Positions 47,401 through 55,858 of a stretch of 64,000 nt of DNA are shown here, piece after piece. The notes beneath the pieces were generated by a model. The model saw nothing but the letters and a program-made list of their open reading frames with translations, had not been told where the DNA came from and made no database searches. Both the position numbers and the translations under genes were made by a program. Source of the stretch: Bacteroidota bacterium (GTDB lineage Bacteria > Bacteroidota > Bacteroidia > Palsa-965); NCBI GenBank assembly GCA_006218065.1, contig VBWE01000002.1, positions 85,973 to 149,972 of the forward strand, in the 5' to 3' direction. The first letter of the stretch is position 1, and each line of letters starts with the position of its first letter.

Positions 47401-48147
47401 CAGGGAATTAAATATGGGCCGTAATTCATCAACAATGGCATCTTCCGGTTTGCTGTCGGTGAATTCCCGGCTGGCGATTTTTTCCGCTTCTGCTGTTATA
47501 GAAGAAATCCGCTTGGTAATACCCTGTATGATCCAATAGGAAATGAAAATGGAAAACAGGATGCAGGCGATGATCAGCCCGATGATCAGGTTCCGGGCAG
47601 TATCGTAGCTGTTGTCGCTCAGCAGTTTGTCGGCCGCCATGCTTTTTGCATTTTTAGTGACAAGCCGTTCCAGTTGCCGGGCCATATCCTCTCTTTTTTC
47701 GCGGGTTTGCACACCGGAAATTTTAAAGGCTTTTTCGTCCTCGTCTTTCATCGCCAGCGAAACGATTTCTTCTATATCTTTTTTAAAGCTGCGGAACGTG
47801 ACGATAAATTCATTTAATATGAGTTTTCCCTTCTCATCCGCCAGTTCCTTTAGCCTGGCAGATTTATTCTCCGCATCTTCTATGCTCTGGTAAATACGAT
47901 CCTTGTATGTGTTTTTTTTAACCGGGTCCTCTTCAAGGATAAGATTCTTTTCATTGCGGGTGACTTCCAGGACAGCGATCTGAAGTTCATGGGACAGGTT
48001 TATTCTTTCTGCAGATACATTGACGATGCCCGACAACCGTTCATTGCCTGCCGAAAATTCGCTGACCATAAACACGGCGGTGGATACGAGCAACAACAAA
48101 ATGACAATGAAACCACCAAGCAGCTTACTTTTAATAGTTATATTCAT
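44500..48147 (-). CDS. large hybrid sensor histidine kinase: MCP-like 4-helix-bundle sensor, TM, HAMP, GAF, coiled coil, HisKA-HATPase, three REC domains
   Basis: 1215 aa. N-terminal periplasmic helical domain between two TM segments. GAF-like region. H-box MSHELRTPLNS. HATPase. Three receiver domains (VLIIEDD..., LLIVEDD..., ILLVDDD...). Confidence 0.8.
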   Translation of the reverse strand: MNITIKSKLLGGFIVILLLLVSTAVFMVSEFSAGNERLSGIVNVSAERINLSHELQIAVLEVTRNEKNLILEEDPVKKNTYKDRIYQSIEDAENKSARLKELADEKGKLILNEFIVTFRSFKKDIEEIVSLAMKDEDEKAFKISGVQTREKREDMARQLERLVTKNAKSMAADKLLSDNSYDTARNLIIGLIIACILFSIFISYWIIQGITKRISSITAEAEKIASREFTDSKPEDAIVDELRPIFNSLISVNDSFREVTANANSVASGNYATDFTPRSDKDTLGNALKKMTESLRESTAANERHNWLSTGKNQLNEKLAGDQGIEELAANTITFLAGYLDGDIGAVYLFSDKENTFVLSGRYAFASPGDTKEKFTWNEGLIGQAAHESRQILLKDVAEEQLRITSSVLHAKPRNLLITPFSFEGKVLGVIEIGKLEHFTETEKEFVNASVESIAISVNSAIARKRIQELLEETQVQGEELQSQQEELKQMNEELEEQAQNLKQQQEELQMTNEELEEQTQSLEIKNKEVQAAKSDIEQKTKQLEISSRYKSEFLANMSHELRTPLNSLLILSKDLSDNKSKNLDKEQVESAEIIYKSGRDLLTLINEVLDLSKIEAGKMEISVERISVRDFVGELLRDFKFHADQKGLVLGSKFDGDLPEFIRTDSQRLSQILKNLLSNAIKFTEKGSVEIHAGRHTENTLIISVTDTGIGIEEEKQMAIFEAFQQADGGTSRKYGGTGLGLSISRELAKLLGGEIKLASKLHAGSSFSLIIPVEIQAERDPGRTAAVNKPEQNLFAKHAEKNSSFLNYPTIADDRASISKDDKVVLIIEDDLKFAGILLKQANSKGFRCLAAATGEDGLVLVEKYKPQAIILDLDLPGMSGQKVLAELKSNPALRHIPVHIISVNERSLDTIKEGAVEYLMKPVNKKDMDDAFDRIENFVNRQMKNLLIVEDDQNSRKAIRKLIGNGDVQCFEAESGKEALSIYKENHIDCIVLDIGLPDMNGFELIYKLEKLEGRHIPPIIIYTGKELTKEENEELQKYAESIIIKGVRSEERLLDETALFLHRTISNMPEQKRQIITGLYDKETILRAKKILLVDDDMRNVFALSKVLKERGMEIIKAENGRNALEMLEQHHDIDLVLMDIMMPEMDGYEAMRRIRLQEKFKNLPVIALTAKAMKDDKQKCIDAGANDYITKPVDIERLLSLMRVWLSKNM

Positions 48148-48169
48148 AACAAGATGAATTTTGATATTG

Positions 48170-48730
48170 TTAATATAGCTTTAAAAGTAAATTTATGATA
48201 TTTTCCAACGGTAAAACGTAATCTATCGCGGTGTTTGCAATCACCGAAGCCGGCATCAAAGGAGATTCCGCGGTTTCCGGGTCCTGCACGATCGCCAGGC
48301 CCCCGCATGCTTTTACTTTTTGCATCCCGGCTGTTCCGTCGGCGTTCGACCCGGTAAGTATGATGCCGATCAGCTTGTCTTTATACGCTTCGGCTGCGGA
48401 TTCAAAAAGCACGTCGATGGATGGCCGGGCAAAATTCACGCGTTCACTGGCGGCCAGGGAAAAGGTTTTGTCTTTTTCAACCAGCAGGTGGTAATTGGGC
48501 GGAGCGATATACGTATGACCGGGTTCGATTTTTTCTTTTTCGTCCGCTTCTTTTATATGGAGTTTGCTCTTATCGTTTAAAAGATCGATCCACTGGCTGT
48601 CGGACCGCGAACCGACGTGCTGCACAACGATAATCGGAATGGAAAAGCCGGGCGGTAAAGCGGAAAACAAAAACGTCAGGGCATTCAGCCCGCCAGAAGA
48701 AGCGCCGATCACAATCGCTTCGTATTTCAT
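48170..48730 (-). CDS. cheB: chemotaxis-type protein-glutamate methylesterase (CheB catalytic domain, no REC)
   Basis: IGASSGG...IVVQH...GTAG motifs containing the Ser-His-Asp catalytic triad of the CheB methylesterase. Confidence 0.8.
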   Translation of the reverse strand: MKYEAIVIGASSGGLNALTFLFSALPPGFSIPIIVVQHVGSRSDSQWIDLLNDKSKLHIKEADEKEKIEPGHTYIAPPNYHLLVEKDKTFSLAASERVNFARPSIDVLFESAAEAYKDKLIGIILTGSNADGTAGMQKVKACGGLAIVQDPETAESPLMPASVIANTAIDYVLPLENIINLLLKLY

Positions 48731-49554
48731 TCATACTTCTTTTTGAATATTCTTCGCTTTTGATCCAGCACGGCATATTCTCCCTGCAAATCACTGAACC
48801 GCAGGCTTTCTTTTGATCCCAGGCACAGGACTCCACCGTTGGTCAGGCTGTCGTAAAAAAGTTTCTGCACTTTATTCTGCAGGCTCCTTTCGAAGTAAAT
48901 CAGCACATTCCTGCACAGTACCAGGTGCACTTCGGCAAACACGCTGTCGGTAACCAGGTTGTGATTGGCCCAGACGATATTCTTTTTCAAGGCCTGGTTT
49001 ATAATGGCCATATCATAGCTGGAAGTATAATAACCGGCAAAAGATTCTTTTCCTCCCGACAACTGGTAATTCAGCGTGTACTCTTTCATCAGCCCGGCGG
49101 GGAAAATCCCTTCTTTCGCCTTATTCAGCGCTTGCTGGTTAAAATCGGTAGCGTAAATCGTGGTCCGTTCATACAAACCTTCCTCGCGCAGGATGATCGC
49201 CATGGAATAGGCCTCTTCTCCTGTCGAGCAGCCGGCGTGCCATATTTTTATGAAAGGATATGTTTTTAAAACCGGGATCACTTTTTCCCGCAATGCTTTG
49301 TAAAAATCCGGGTCGCGAAACATTTCGGTTACCGTTATCGACAGATCCTGTATGAGCAGCGAAGCAAATGATTTATCATGAAGCACAAAATCCTGCATTT
49401 GAGAAATACTTCCCAGGCCGGACAGGGTCAACCGGTTCATAATTCTTCGCCGGATATGCGCTTCGGAATATTGCCGGAAATCATACCCGTATTTTTTGTA
49501 AACGGCATCCAGCAGCAATGAAATTTCAATGTCTGAAGTGTCTTTATATTCCAT
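48727..49554 (-). CDS. cheR: chemotaxis-type protein-glutamate O-methyltransferase
   Basis: CheR N-terminal helical domain plus SAM-binding IWHAGCSTGEEAYSMAIIL. 4-nt overlap with cheB. Confidence 0.85.
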   Translation of the reverse strand: MEYKDTSDIEISLLLDAVYKKYGYDFRQYSEAHIRRRIMNRLTLSGLGSISQMQDFVLHDKSFASLLIQDLSITVTEMFRDPDFYKALREKVIPVLKTYPFIKIWHAGCSTGEEAYSMAIILREEGLYERTTIYATDFNQQALNKAKEGIFPAGLMKEYTLNYQLSGGKESFAGYYTSSYDMAIINQALKKNIVWANHNLVTDSVFAEVHLVLCRNVLIYFERSLQNKVQKLFYDSLTNGGVLCLGSKESLRFSDLQGEYAVLDQKRRIFKKKYE

Positions 49555-49717
49555 TACGCCTGCTGACTATCACGGATACTGCAAAAAAACAACTGCCTCA
49601 TGCAGGTAAAAATAATGAAATACTTGTCATTGCAGGGAATATAATGGAGAAACGGGAATGGAAATACCTTTTCAAGGATCCCCGGCAATATATTTCACCG
49701 GTGCGCTCACAGAGGAA

Positions 49718-50479
49718 TCAATCCTGCCTTCCTTTCAGTACATCCAGAATCTCCTGCTTTTTCCTCCTCGAGATTTCGAAACAGAATTGATTATTGACAG
49801 TCAGCATACACGGTTCGCCCTTGCTGTAATCGTTGATGAAGTTCACGTTGACGATGTACTGTTTGTTTATCCGTACAAATTGCCGGTAGCCTTCCAGCAG
49901 GTCTTCAAATTCCCCCAGGTTTTTAGACGACGTAAAAAATTCATTCGACGAAGTGACGATCTGTGTATAGTTTCGTTCGGCCTGCATATGGGTAATATCC
50001 CGGAGCGGCAGCAAAACGACCGTATCATTTTTATGAACGGCCAGTTTTTTTTCGATGTCCTCCCGCTCCAGGTGGATAATGAGGTTGACCAGTTGCTTTT
50101 GCCGCACTTCTTTTTTTTCAACAACTTTTTCCAGTCGGGCGACGGTTGTTTTCAGTTCATTTATTTCAACGGGTTTCAGCAGGTAATCCAGCGCATTGAA
50201 TTTAATGGCTTCGATCGCATACTCATCATAACTGGTTACGAAAATAACTTCGAAAGGAATTTCGATAAATTTTTTCAGGATGGCGAACCCGTTGTCGCCC
50301 GGCATTTGTATATCCAGGAATATCACCTGCGGTTTATGATCGATAATCATTTTATAGGCGGCAGATACGTTGGACGCTTCTCCGCAGATGTCGATACCCG
50401 GGCAATGCTGTTCTGCAAGCTTCCGGAGCACACTGCGGCTGTCCGCCTCATCATCGATAATAAGCGCTTTTAATTTCAT
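49718..50479 (-). CDS. LytTR-family response regulator
   Basis: REC (ALIIDDEAD...IFLDIQMPG) plus LytTR domain. Immediately downstream of the propeller kinase. Confidence 0.8.
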   Translation of the reverse strand: MKLKALIIDDEADSRSVLRKLAEQHCPGIDICGEASNVSAAYKMIIDHKPQVIFLDIQMPGDNGFAILKKFIEIPFEVIFVTSYDEYAIEAIKFNALDYLLKPVEINELKTTVARLEKVVEKKEVRQKQLVNLIIHLEREDIEKKLAVHKNDTVVLLPLRDITHMQAERNYTQIVTSSNEFFTSSKNLGEFEDLLEGYRQFVRINKQYIVNVNFINDYSKGEPCMLTVNNQFCFEISRRKKQEILDVLKGRQD

Positions 50480-50480
50480 G

Positions 50481-53429
50481 TCAGTATTTCAAGGGTAAGA
50501 ATAATTGCACACGTGTTCCGCAGGGAGTTTTCTCCCCGTTGTATAAATCGGCGACCACGATCCTGGAATCTTTATACCCGATGGCCTTGAGTGTTTCCAG
50601 CCGTTCCTGCGAAAGCGCCATGCCGATCGATTCATGGCTTCCGCGCTTTTTGATTTCCATGGCCCTGGCGCGCCCCACGCCGTTATCTTCAATGGTGATA
50701 ACCAGTTCTTCATTTTGCAAAGCCATGCCGATCAGCAGTTTTCCTTCACCCGTCGCTTCCATATTCATGATGCCGTGCCAGATGGCGTTCTCGACAAAAG
50801 GCTGGATGAGCATGACGGGAATTTTAATTTCTTCCACCGGGAGGTTCGGTTCTATGATTACCTGGCAGGAAAACCGGTTTTTGAACCTGCGCTGTTCCAG
50901 CTCGGTATACAATTCAAGCATTTCCAGTTCCTTTTCCAGGCTGATGGTATTTCGCCTGGAGTTGGTCAGGATTTTCCGGATGAGGCTGCTGAATTTCGTG
51001 AGGTAATCATACGCGTATTCTGTCTCGTTGTTCAGCACATAATTCTGTATGCTGTTAATGGCATTGAAAATAAAATGTGGGTTCATTTGCGCCCGTATGG
51101 CCGACATCTGGTATTCGGCAACGAGTTTGTTCAGCGCGGTTTTTTCAGCCTCTTTTTTCCTGATCACCCGCAGCCGCCACACAACCAGCGCAACCACAGG
51201 AATACCCGCCCCGGCGATGAGAAAGAGTATAAACCACCAGCTTTCCCAGAAAGGTTGCCTGATAACGAAGCGATAAACGGCGGGCATTGTACTGCGAACT
51301 CCTTCGGATGTAACAGCTACAGCTTCCAGGAAATATGTTCCGCCGCCGAGATTGCTGAATGATAATTCACCGGTACGGCTTGTTCGCCAGTTCGTGTCGA
51401 GTCCGCTCAGCCTGTAGAGGTAATACAGGTTTTCGGGATTGCGATAAGTAATGCCTTCGAGATGAAAAGATAAATTGTTTTCCCGGTGCGAAAACGAATT
51501 TCTCCCGGTCACTTTTTTTGTGTCGTTATATACGTTCAGCAGGTAAACCGGGGGAGCCGGGAGCCGGTAATCGAGTTCGCTCATGTTTGCAGCACAGAGC
51601 CCTTTTTGCGTGGATAAATAAATTTCATCCCCGAGGATGGCGAGCAGAAGTATTTCTTCGTTGAGCAAACCGTGCTCGGTTCCGTAAACGGAAACGGTTG
51701 TTCCGCCGCTCTTCCTGCGGATACAGCAAAGTCCGGCATTGGTAGCCAGCCACGGATTGTTTTCATCGTCGAAAGCGATATCGTAACAGATACCCGAAGG
51801 AAGCCCGTCTGTAATACTATAATGGCGCTGGATTTCCGGGCCCTTCAGTTGCATCACGCCATCACCGTGTGTGCACACCCAGATATTTCCCAACCGGTCG
51901 CGTTTCAGCCGGTTCACTTTGCACGATACCTGTTTTACCTGTACGAGGCGATTGTTTTCACGTATGTACATACCGCTATGTGTTGCGACATAGATGGTTC
52001 CATCGTTATCAATCCCTATATCCTTGCCTCTGCCGGGCAAAGTCATATCCGTGAAAATGGAATCATTCCGCATATAGCACAGGTATTGGAATGTAATTCC
52101 CCAGATTTTTTTATCAGGGCCGGTTGCCAGGTTATAGAGCGTCGTCTTACTGTACAGGGAATCCGGGATAGATTTTACAGGGCGAAAATTTTTGTCCAGC
52201 CTCAACGTTCCGCCGGGCCCCGAGGAGTATACAAACTCATCCTGCACGATATAGGTTTGTTTCTCGTTACGGAAATCGCCTCCTGTAAGTGATTCAAACA
52301 CATTATAAGTGTTTTTGTCGCTGAACAGGTACGGGCGGTTGTCAGCGGTATTCGCAAGAACATGTGAACCGACCGTATGCAGTGCGGATAATTTTATGCC
52401 CAGGTTTTTCTCGCCGGGATAGGCCACAGTATTCAGCGATGCGGCGTATTGCACGCCATCGGAGAGCGTGCCCGCCCAGATTCCGCCTTCGTGATCCATA
52501 AGAATCCCGGCAGGAGAATAGTGTTGAAGCAAATGAAAAGGCGTTTTCGACAAATCGCCGTCCGGGTAATAAAAAACACCGTTCTGGAACATGGTTATCC
52601 AGATACCCCCGTTCCTGTCCTGGTACATGGAAATAAGCCGTGCCGGCAGATCTAAAGTATCGGAACTTCCGTCGGGACTTATCGCAAAAACCTTGTCCCA
52701 GAAACCGATCAGCACACGCCCGTCAGCCAGCCCGGTGGATTTGAAAACCGCGAGAGCGGAAACGCGGATCATTTCGAAATCGAAACGAAGAAAACGTTTC
52801 CCCTTTTCCGTTTCGAGGCAAAGCGTGTACACGTCGTCTGCTGTCAGCACATGTGAACTGTAATCGGTGTAATTGGCGCAGTGCGTTTCTCCATGCATGG
52901 TTTTTACCCAAAGCAGGGCGCTGTCGGGTGCGGGAAGAAATGTGAGACGGCTCAGCGTTTTTTTATCGAGCGTAAAAAAACCTGCTTGTGTGCCGAGTAA
53001 AAGCTCGTCTTTATTATAATCGGCGATGCTTTTGATAAACCGGCTTCCGTTCCGGAGTTTTTTTGCGAGAGAATCGCTAACCGGTGTGGTGAATGCCGAA
53101 TCGTTTTTAATATACCCGAGCCGGGAATTGCTGGTTATGTAAAACACACGCCCCTGTTCGTCCTCATACGTATCAAAAACCGTATTGTCCGTCAACCCGT
53201 TTGCCGTAGTGAATGTTTTGAATGAACGGCCGTTGAACCTGGTCAGCCCGACGTTGGTACTGATCCACAAGTACTTTTTCGAATCCTGTTTCACCGTAAA
53301 ACATTCGCTGCCGGGTAGCCCGTTTCCCGGCAGAAGGGGACGGAAAACGAACTGTTGCCCGGAAAGAGCAGCCAGTTGAAATAATAAGGCAAACGAACAG
53401 ATCAACCGCACGAACATGAGTACAAACAT
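50481..53429 (-). CDS. sensor histidine kinase with periplasmic two-component-regulator beta-propeller/Y_Y_Y domains, one TM, and LytS-type kinase core
   Basis: 982 aa. Long beta-propeller ligand-binding region with a Y_Y_Y-like module before the TM FILFLIAGAGIPVVALVVW. H-box NPHFIFNAINSIQNYV. HATPase. Confidence 0.8.
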   Translation of the reverse strand: MFVLMFVRLICSFALLFQLAALSGQQFVFRPLLPGNGLPGSECFTVKQDSKKYLWISTNVGLTRFNGRSFKTFTTANGLTDNTVFDTYEDEQGRVFYITSNSRLGYIKNDSAFTTPVSDSLAKKLRNGSRFIKSIADYNKDELLLGTQAGFFTLDKKTLSRLTFLPAPDSALLWVKTMHGETHCANYTDYSSHVLTADDVYTLCLETEKGKRFLRFDFEMIRVSALAVFKSTGLADGRVLIGFWDKVFAISPDGSSDTLDLPARLISMYQDRNGGIWITMFQNGVFYYPDGDLSKTPFHLLQHYSPAGILMDHEGGIWAGTLSDGVQYAASLNTVAYPGEKNLGIKLSALHTVGSHVLANTADNRPYLFSDKNTYNVFESLTGGDFRNEKQTYIVQDEFVYSSGPGGTLRLDKNFRPVKSIPDSLYSKTTLYNLATGPDKKIWGITFQYLCYMRNDSIFTDMTLPGRGKDIGIDNDGTIYVATHSGMYIRENNRLVQVKQVSCKVNRLKRDRLGNIWVCTHGDGVMQLKGPEIQRHYSITDGLPSGICYDIAFDDENNPWLATNAGLCCIRRKSGGTTVSVYGTEHGLLNEEILLLAILGDEIYLSTQKGLCAANMSELDYRLPAPPVYLLNVYNDTKKVTGRNSFSHRENNLSFHLEGITYRNPENLYYLYRLSGLDTNWRTSRTGELSFSNLGGGTYFLEAVAVTSEGVRSTMPAVYRFVIRQPFWESWWFILFLIAGAGIPVVALVVWRLRVIRKKEAEKTALNKLVAEYQMSAIRAQMNPHFIFNAINSIQNYVLNNETEYAYDYLTKFSSLIRKILTNSRRNTISLEKELEMLELYTELEQRRFKNRFSCQVIIEPNLPVEEIKIPVMLIQPFVENAIWHGIMNMEATGEGKLLIGMALQNEELVITIEDNGVGRARAMEIKKRGSHESIGMALSQERLETLKAIGYKDSRIVVADLYNGEKTPCGTRVQLFLPLKY

Positions 53430-53563
53430 AATTGATCGGTCATGTCGTTGCCAAAAAAATACATGCGTGTGTAAAAAACTGATCCTGCGGCGGCGATATC
53501 AAATAAACACATTATAATTTTATTGCCCTCCAATCGGAGGGTATAGTTCAATAAAAAGAAATC

Positions 53564-55663
53564 ATGAAAAAAACCTGGAACCTGTTGTTGCTATTGCAAC
53601 TTATTGTCATCTCGCCGTTGAATGCGCAATCTCCTGTTTATGATTGGGGTAAACGCTTGCAGAGTAATAGTTCCGGCGGCGCAATCTGCACGTCCATTGC
53701 TGCAGAGTATTCGCTGGGATCGATTAACAGCCCGGCTGCGATCACGAATATTTACGTAACCGGGAAGTTTATAGGAAACATTACAATTCCTGAGCTCAAT
53801 AACCTGGTATTAACCAGCCAGGGCGGGCATGATATTTTCGTTCTCAAAATCAATGCTTCCGGGTCTGTTATCTATGCAACAACAATCGGCAGCCCGGCGA
53901 CCGATGATGAGGGTAATGACATTTGTGTTCAGCGGAATTTCAGCGGAACAGTTACAGCCGTATATGTAACAGGAAAGAGCAACGGAAAATTTCTGCTGGC
54001 CAAGCTCAATGCCGACCTCACCGCCCCGGCGAATAACCGGGTTTTCACAACGGTGTATCCTTCCGGGTATGCTACAGGCAGGGGCATCGTGATCAACGGC
54101 AGCACGCTTTATGTAACAGGTTCAATTACGGGGACCGGGCAGATCGATTTTTACGATTACCTCAACAATACCATTTCGGTTTATACGAATATCACGCCTG
54201 CCAACACAAAAGAACTAATGGTTTGCTCATTCAATACAAGCTTAATGCCCCTGGCCGGTATTGTGCCTTATGCAAGTACCGGGGATAATGAAGCTTTTGA
54301 TATTGCTTTCGGCAACAACCGGTTATTCATTACAGGCTATTTTATGAATACGGTGCAGTTCAGCAGCAACGGGGCTTCATCACTTGGTCCCAGTTCCGGA
54401 ACGAGAGATATTTTCCTGGCGAATCTCAATCCCAACCTGAGCGGATTGGGTTTCGATAAAACAGATCAGAAAAGGGCAGGGGGAAACCAGCAGAATGATC
54501 TGAATGGATACACCATCCAGGATATCGGTTATTCAGTAGCTTATGCCACCAATGCTGTATACCTGGCCGGGGGAGTAAGTCCTAATGTAACTGCGAATGT
54601 AGATAACTCCGCCGCTTTTACAGGCAGTGGATTTATGGCCAAGTTTCCGTACACGCCGGCCACGGCCACACTCGGAAATGTTACCTACGTATGTAAAATA
54701 ACAAGTAATGTAAACGGAGATGCTACAAGACCTTATGGACTTACCACTGATCCGGATGCCAATATCCTGGTCACCGGAATTGGCAGCCCTGGCGGGAAGG
54801 TGTACGATGCAGGTGGTATAACGAACATCCTTATTCCCGGCAGTACAGCTGTACCGGATCCCTGCGGCTTCATCTGTAAATTTAACAGTGCTGGCAGCCT
54901 GCTCTGGAATGAGCGCATCAACCAGCAGGTATTCGATCAGGTATATAGTGTAAGCACAAAATGCGGCCAGGCCGTGCTGGCTTCTAAATGCGATATTTAT
55001 CATGTCGGAGAACTTTCCACAACAAATTCGACAACATTCGGAACAAATCCCCCGTTCCATATTCCGAATCAATTCTACGGTTGTAATGCTTTCGTCGCCA
55101 AAGCGTCCAATACGATGACCATGGATAACGATACCACGGTATGCTTCAATACTCCAACGGCGTATCTTATTCTTTCCGCAAACGGAGCATCGAACTATAA
55201 CTGGACGGTTTCACCGAGCACCGGTGTAACAATAACAACACCCGCTTCGGCATCGCCGACTGTAACAATAACATCACCGGGAACCTATACTTTTACCTGT
55301 ACTACATCAATCAACTATGGCTCATCTGCAGCCTGCCAGCAAACGGGTTCGTGTATTGTCACAGCTATGTATTGTCCTACAGTCCAGTCAGGCAAAGCAA
55401 GCGCCGGATTGGTTTCACCTGACGTTATAGTCTGGCCTAATCCGGGTTCGGATATATTCACTGTTAATTGGAAAGGTGTTGATCATTATGAGATTGAGGT
55501 GTATGATATGATAGGAAGACTGGCGGGCAGGCAAAAAAGCGCGGGAGAAACTACTCCTGTCAATCTTGCTGCTGCGGAACTGCCCTACGGAATTTATATA
55601 CTAAAACTCACTGCCCCGGGAGGTCTCTCGCATATTGAAAGAATTGTATATCAGCGACCATAA
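53564..55663 (+). CDS. secreted beta-propeller-like repeat protein with T9SS C-terminal sorting domain
   Basis: Signal peptide. Repetitive YVTG/FITG blocks. CTD VWPNPGSDIFTVNW...GIYILKLTAPGGLSHIERIVYQRP. Confidence 0.65.
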   Translation: MKKTWNLLLLLQLIVISPLNAQSPVYDWGKRLQSNSSGGAICTSIAAEYSLGSINSPAAITNIYVTGKFIGNITIPELNNLVLTSQGGHDIFVLKINASGSVIYATTIGSPATDDEGNDICVQRNFSGTVTAVYVTGKSNGKFLLAKLNADLTAPANNRVFTTVYPSGYATGRGIVINGSTLYVTGSITGTGQIDFYDYLNNTISVYTNITPANTKELMVCSFNTSLMPLAGIVPYASTGDNEAFDIAFGNNRLFITGYFMNTVQFSSNGASSLGPSSGTRDIFLANLNPNLSGLGFDKTDQKRAGGNQQNDLNGYTIQDIGYSVAYATNAVYLAGGVSPNVTANVDNSAAFTGSGFMAKFPYTPATATLGNVTYVCKITSNVNGDATRPYGLTTDPDANILVTGIGSPGGKVYDAGGITNILIPGSTAVPDPCGFICKFNSAGSLLWNERINQQVFDQVYSVSTKCGQAVLASKCDIYHVGELSTTNSTTFGTNPPFHIPNQFYGCNAFVAKASNTMTMDNDTTVCFNTPTAYLILSANGASNYNWTVSPSTGVTITTPASASPTVTITSPGTYTFTCTTSINYGSSAACQQTGSCIVTAMYCPTVQSGKASAGLVSPDVIVWPNPGSDIFTVNWKGVDHYEIEVYDMIGRLAGRQKSAGETTPVNLAAAELPYGIYILKLTAPGGLSHIERIVYQRP

Positions 55664-55858
55664 AAAATTAATTCTGATTACCGGGCGAGTGTTTTAATTT
55701 GTTAACCCCAGGAGTTCAATACGATTAATAGCCCCGGGATTGGTCCGTGCGAAGAAATCCGGGAAGTCAATTCAGATAAGTGAAGTATTGAAAAGCAAAA
55801 AACCATCAACTGATGGTTTTTTGCTTTTTGGAATGTTGTTTAAAAACTACTTACTCCG

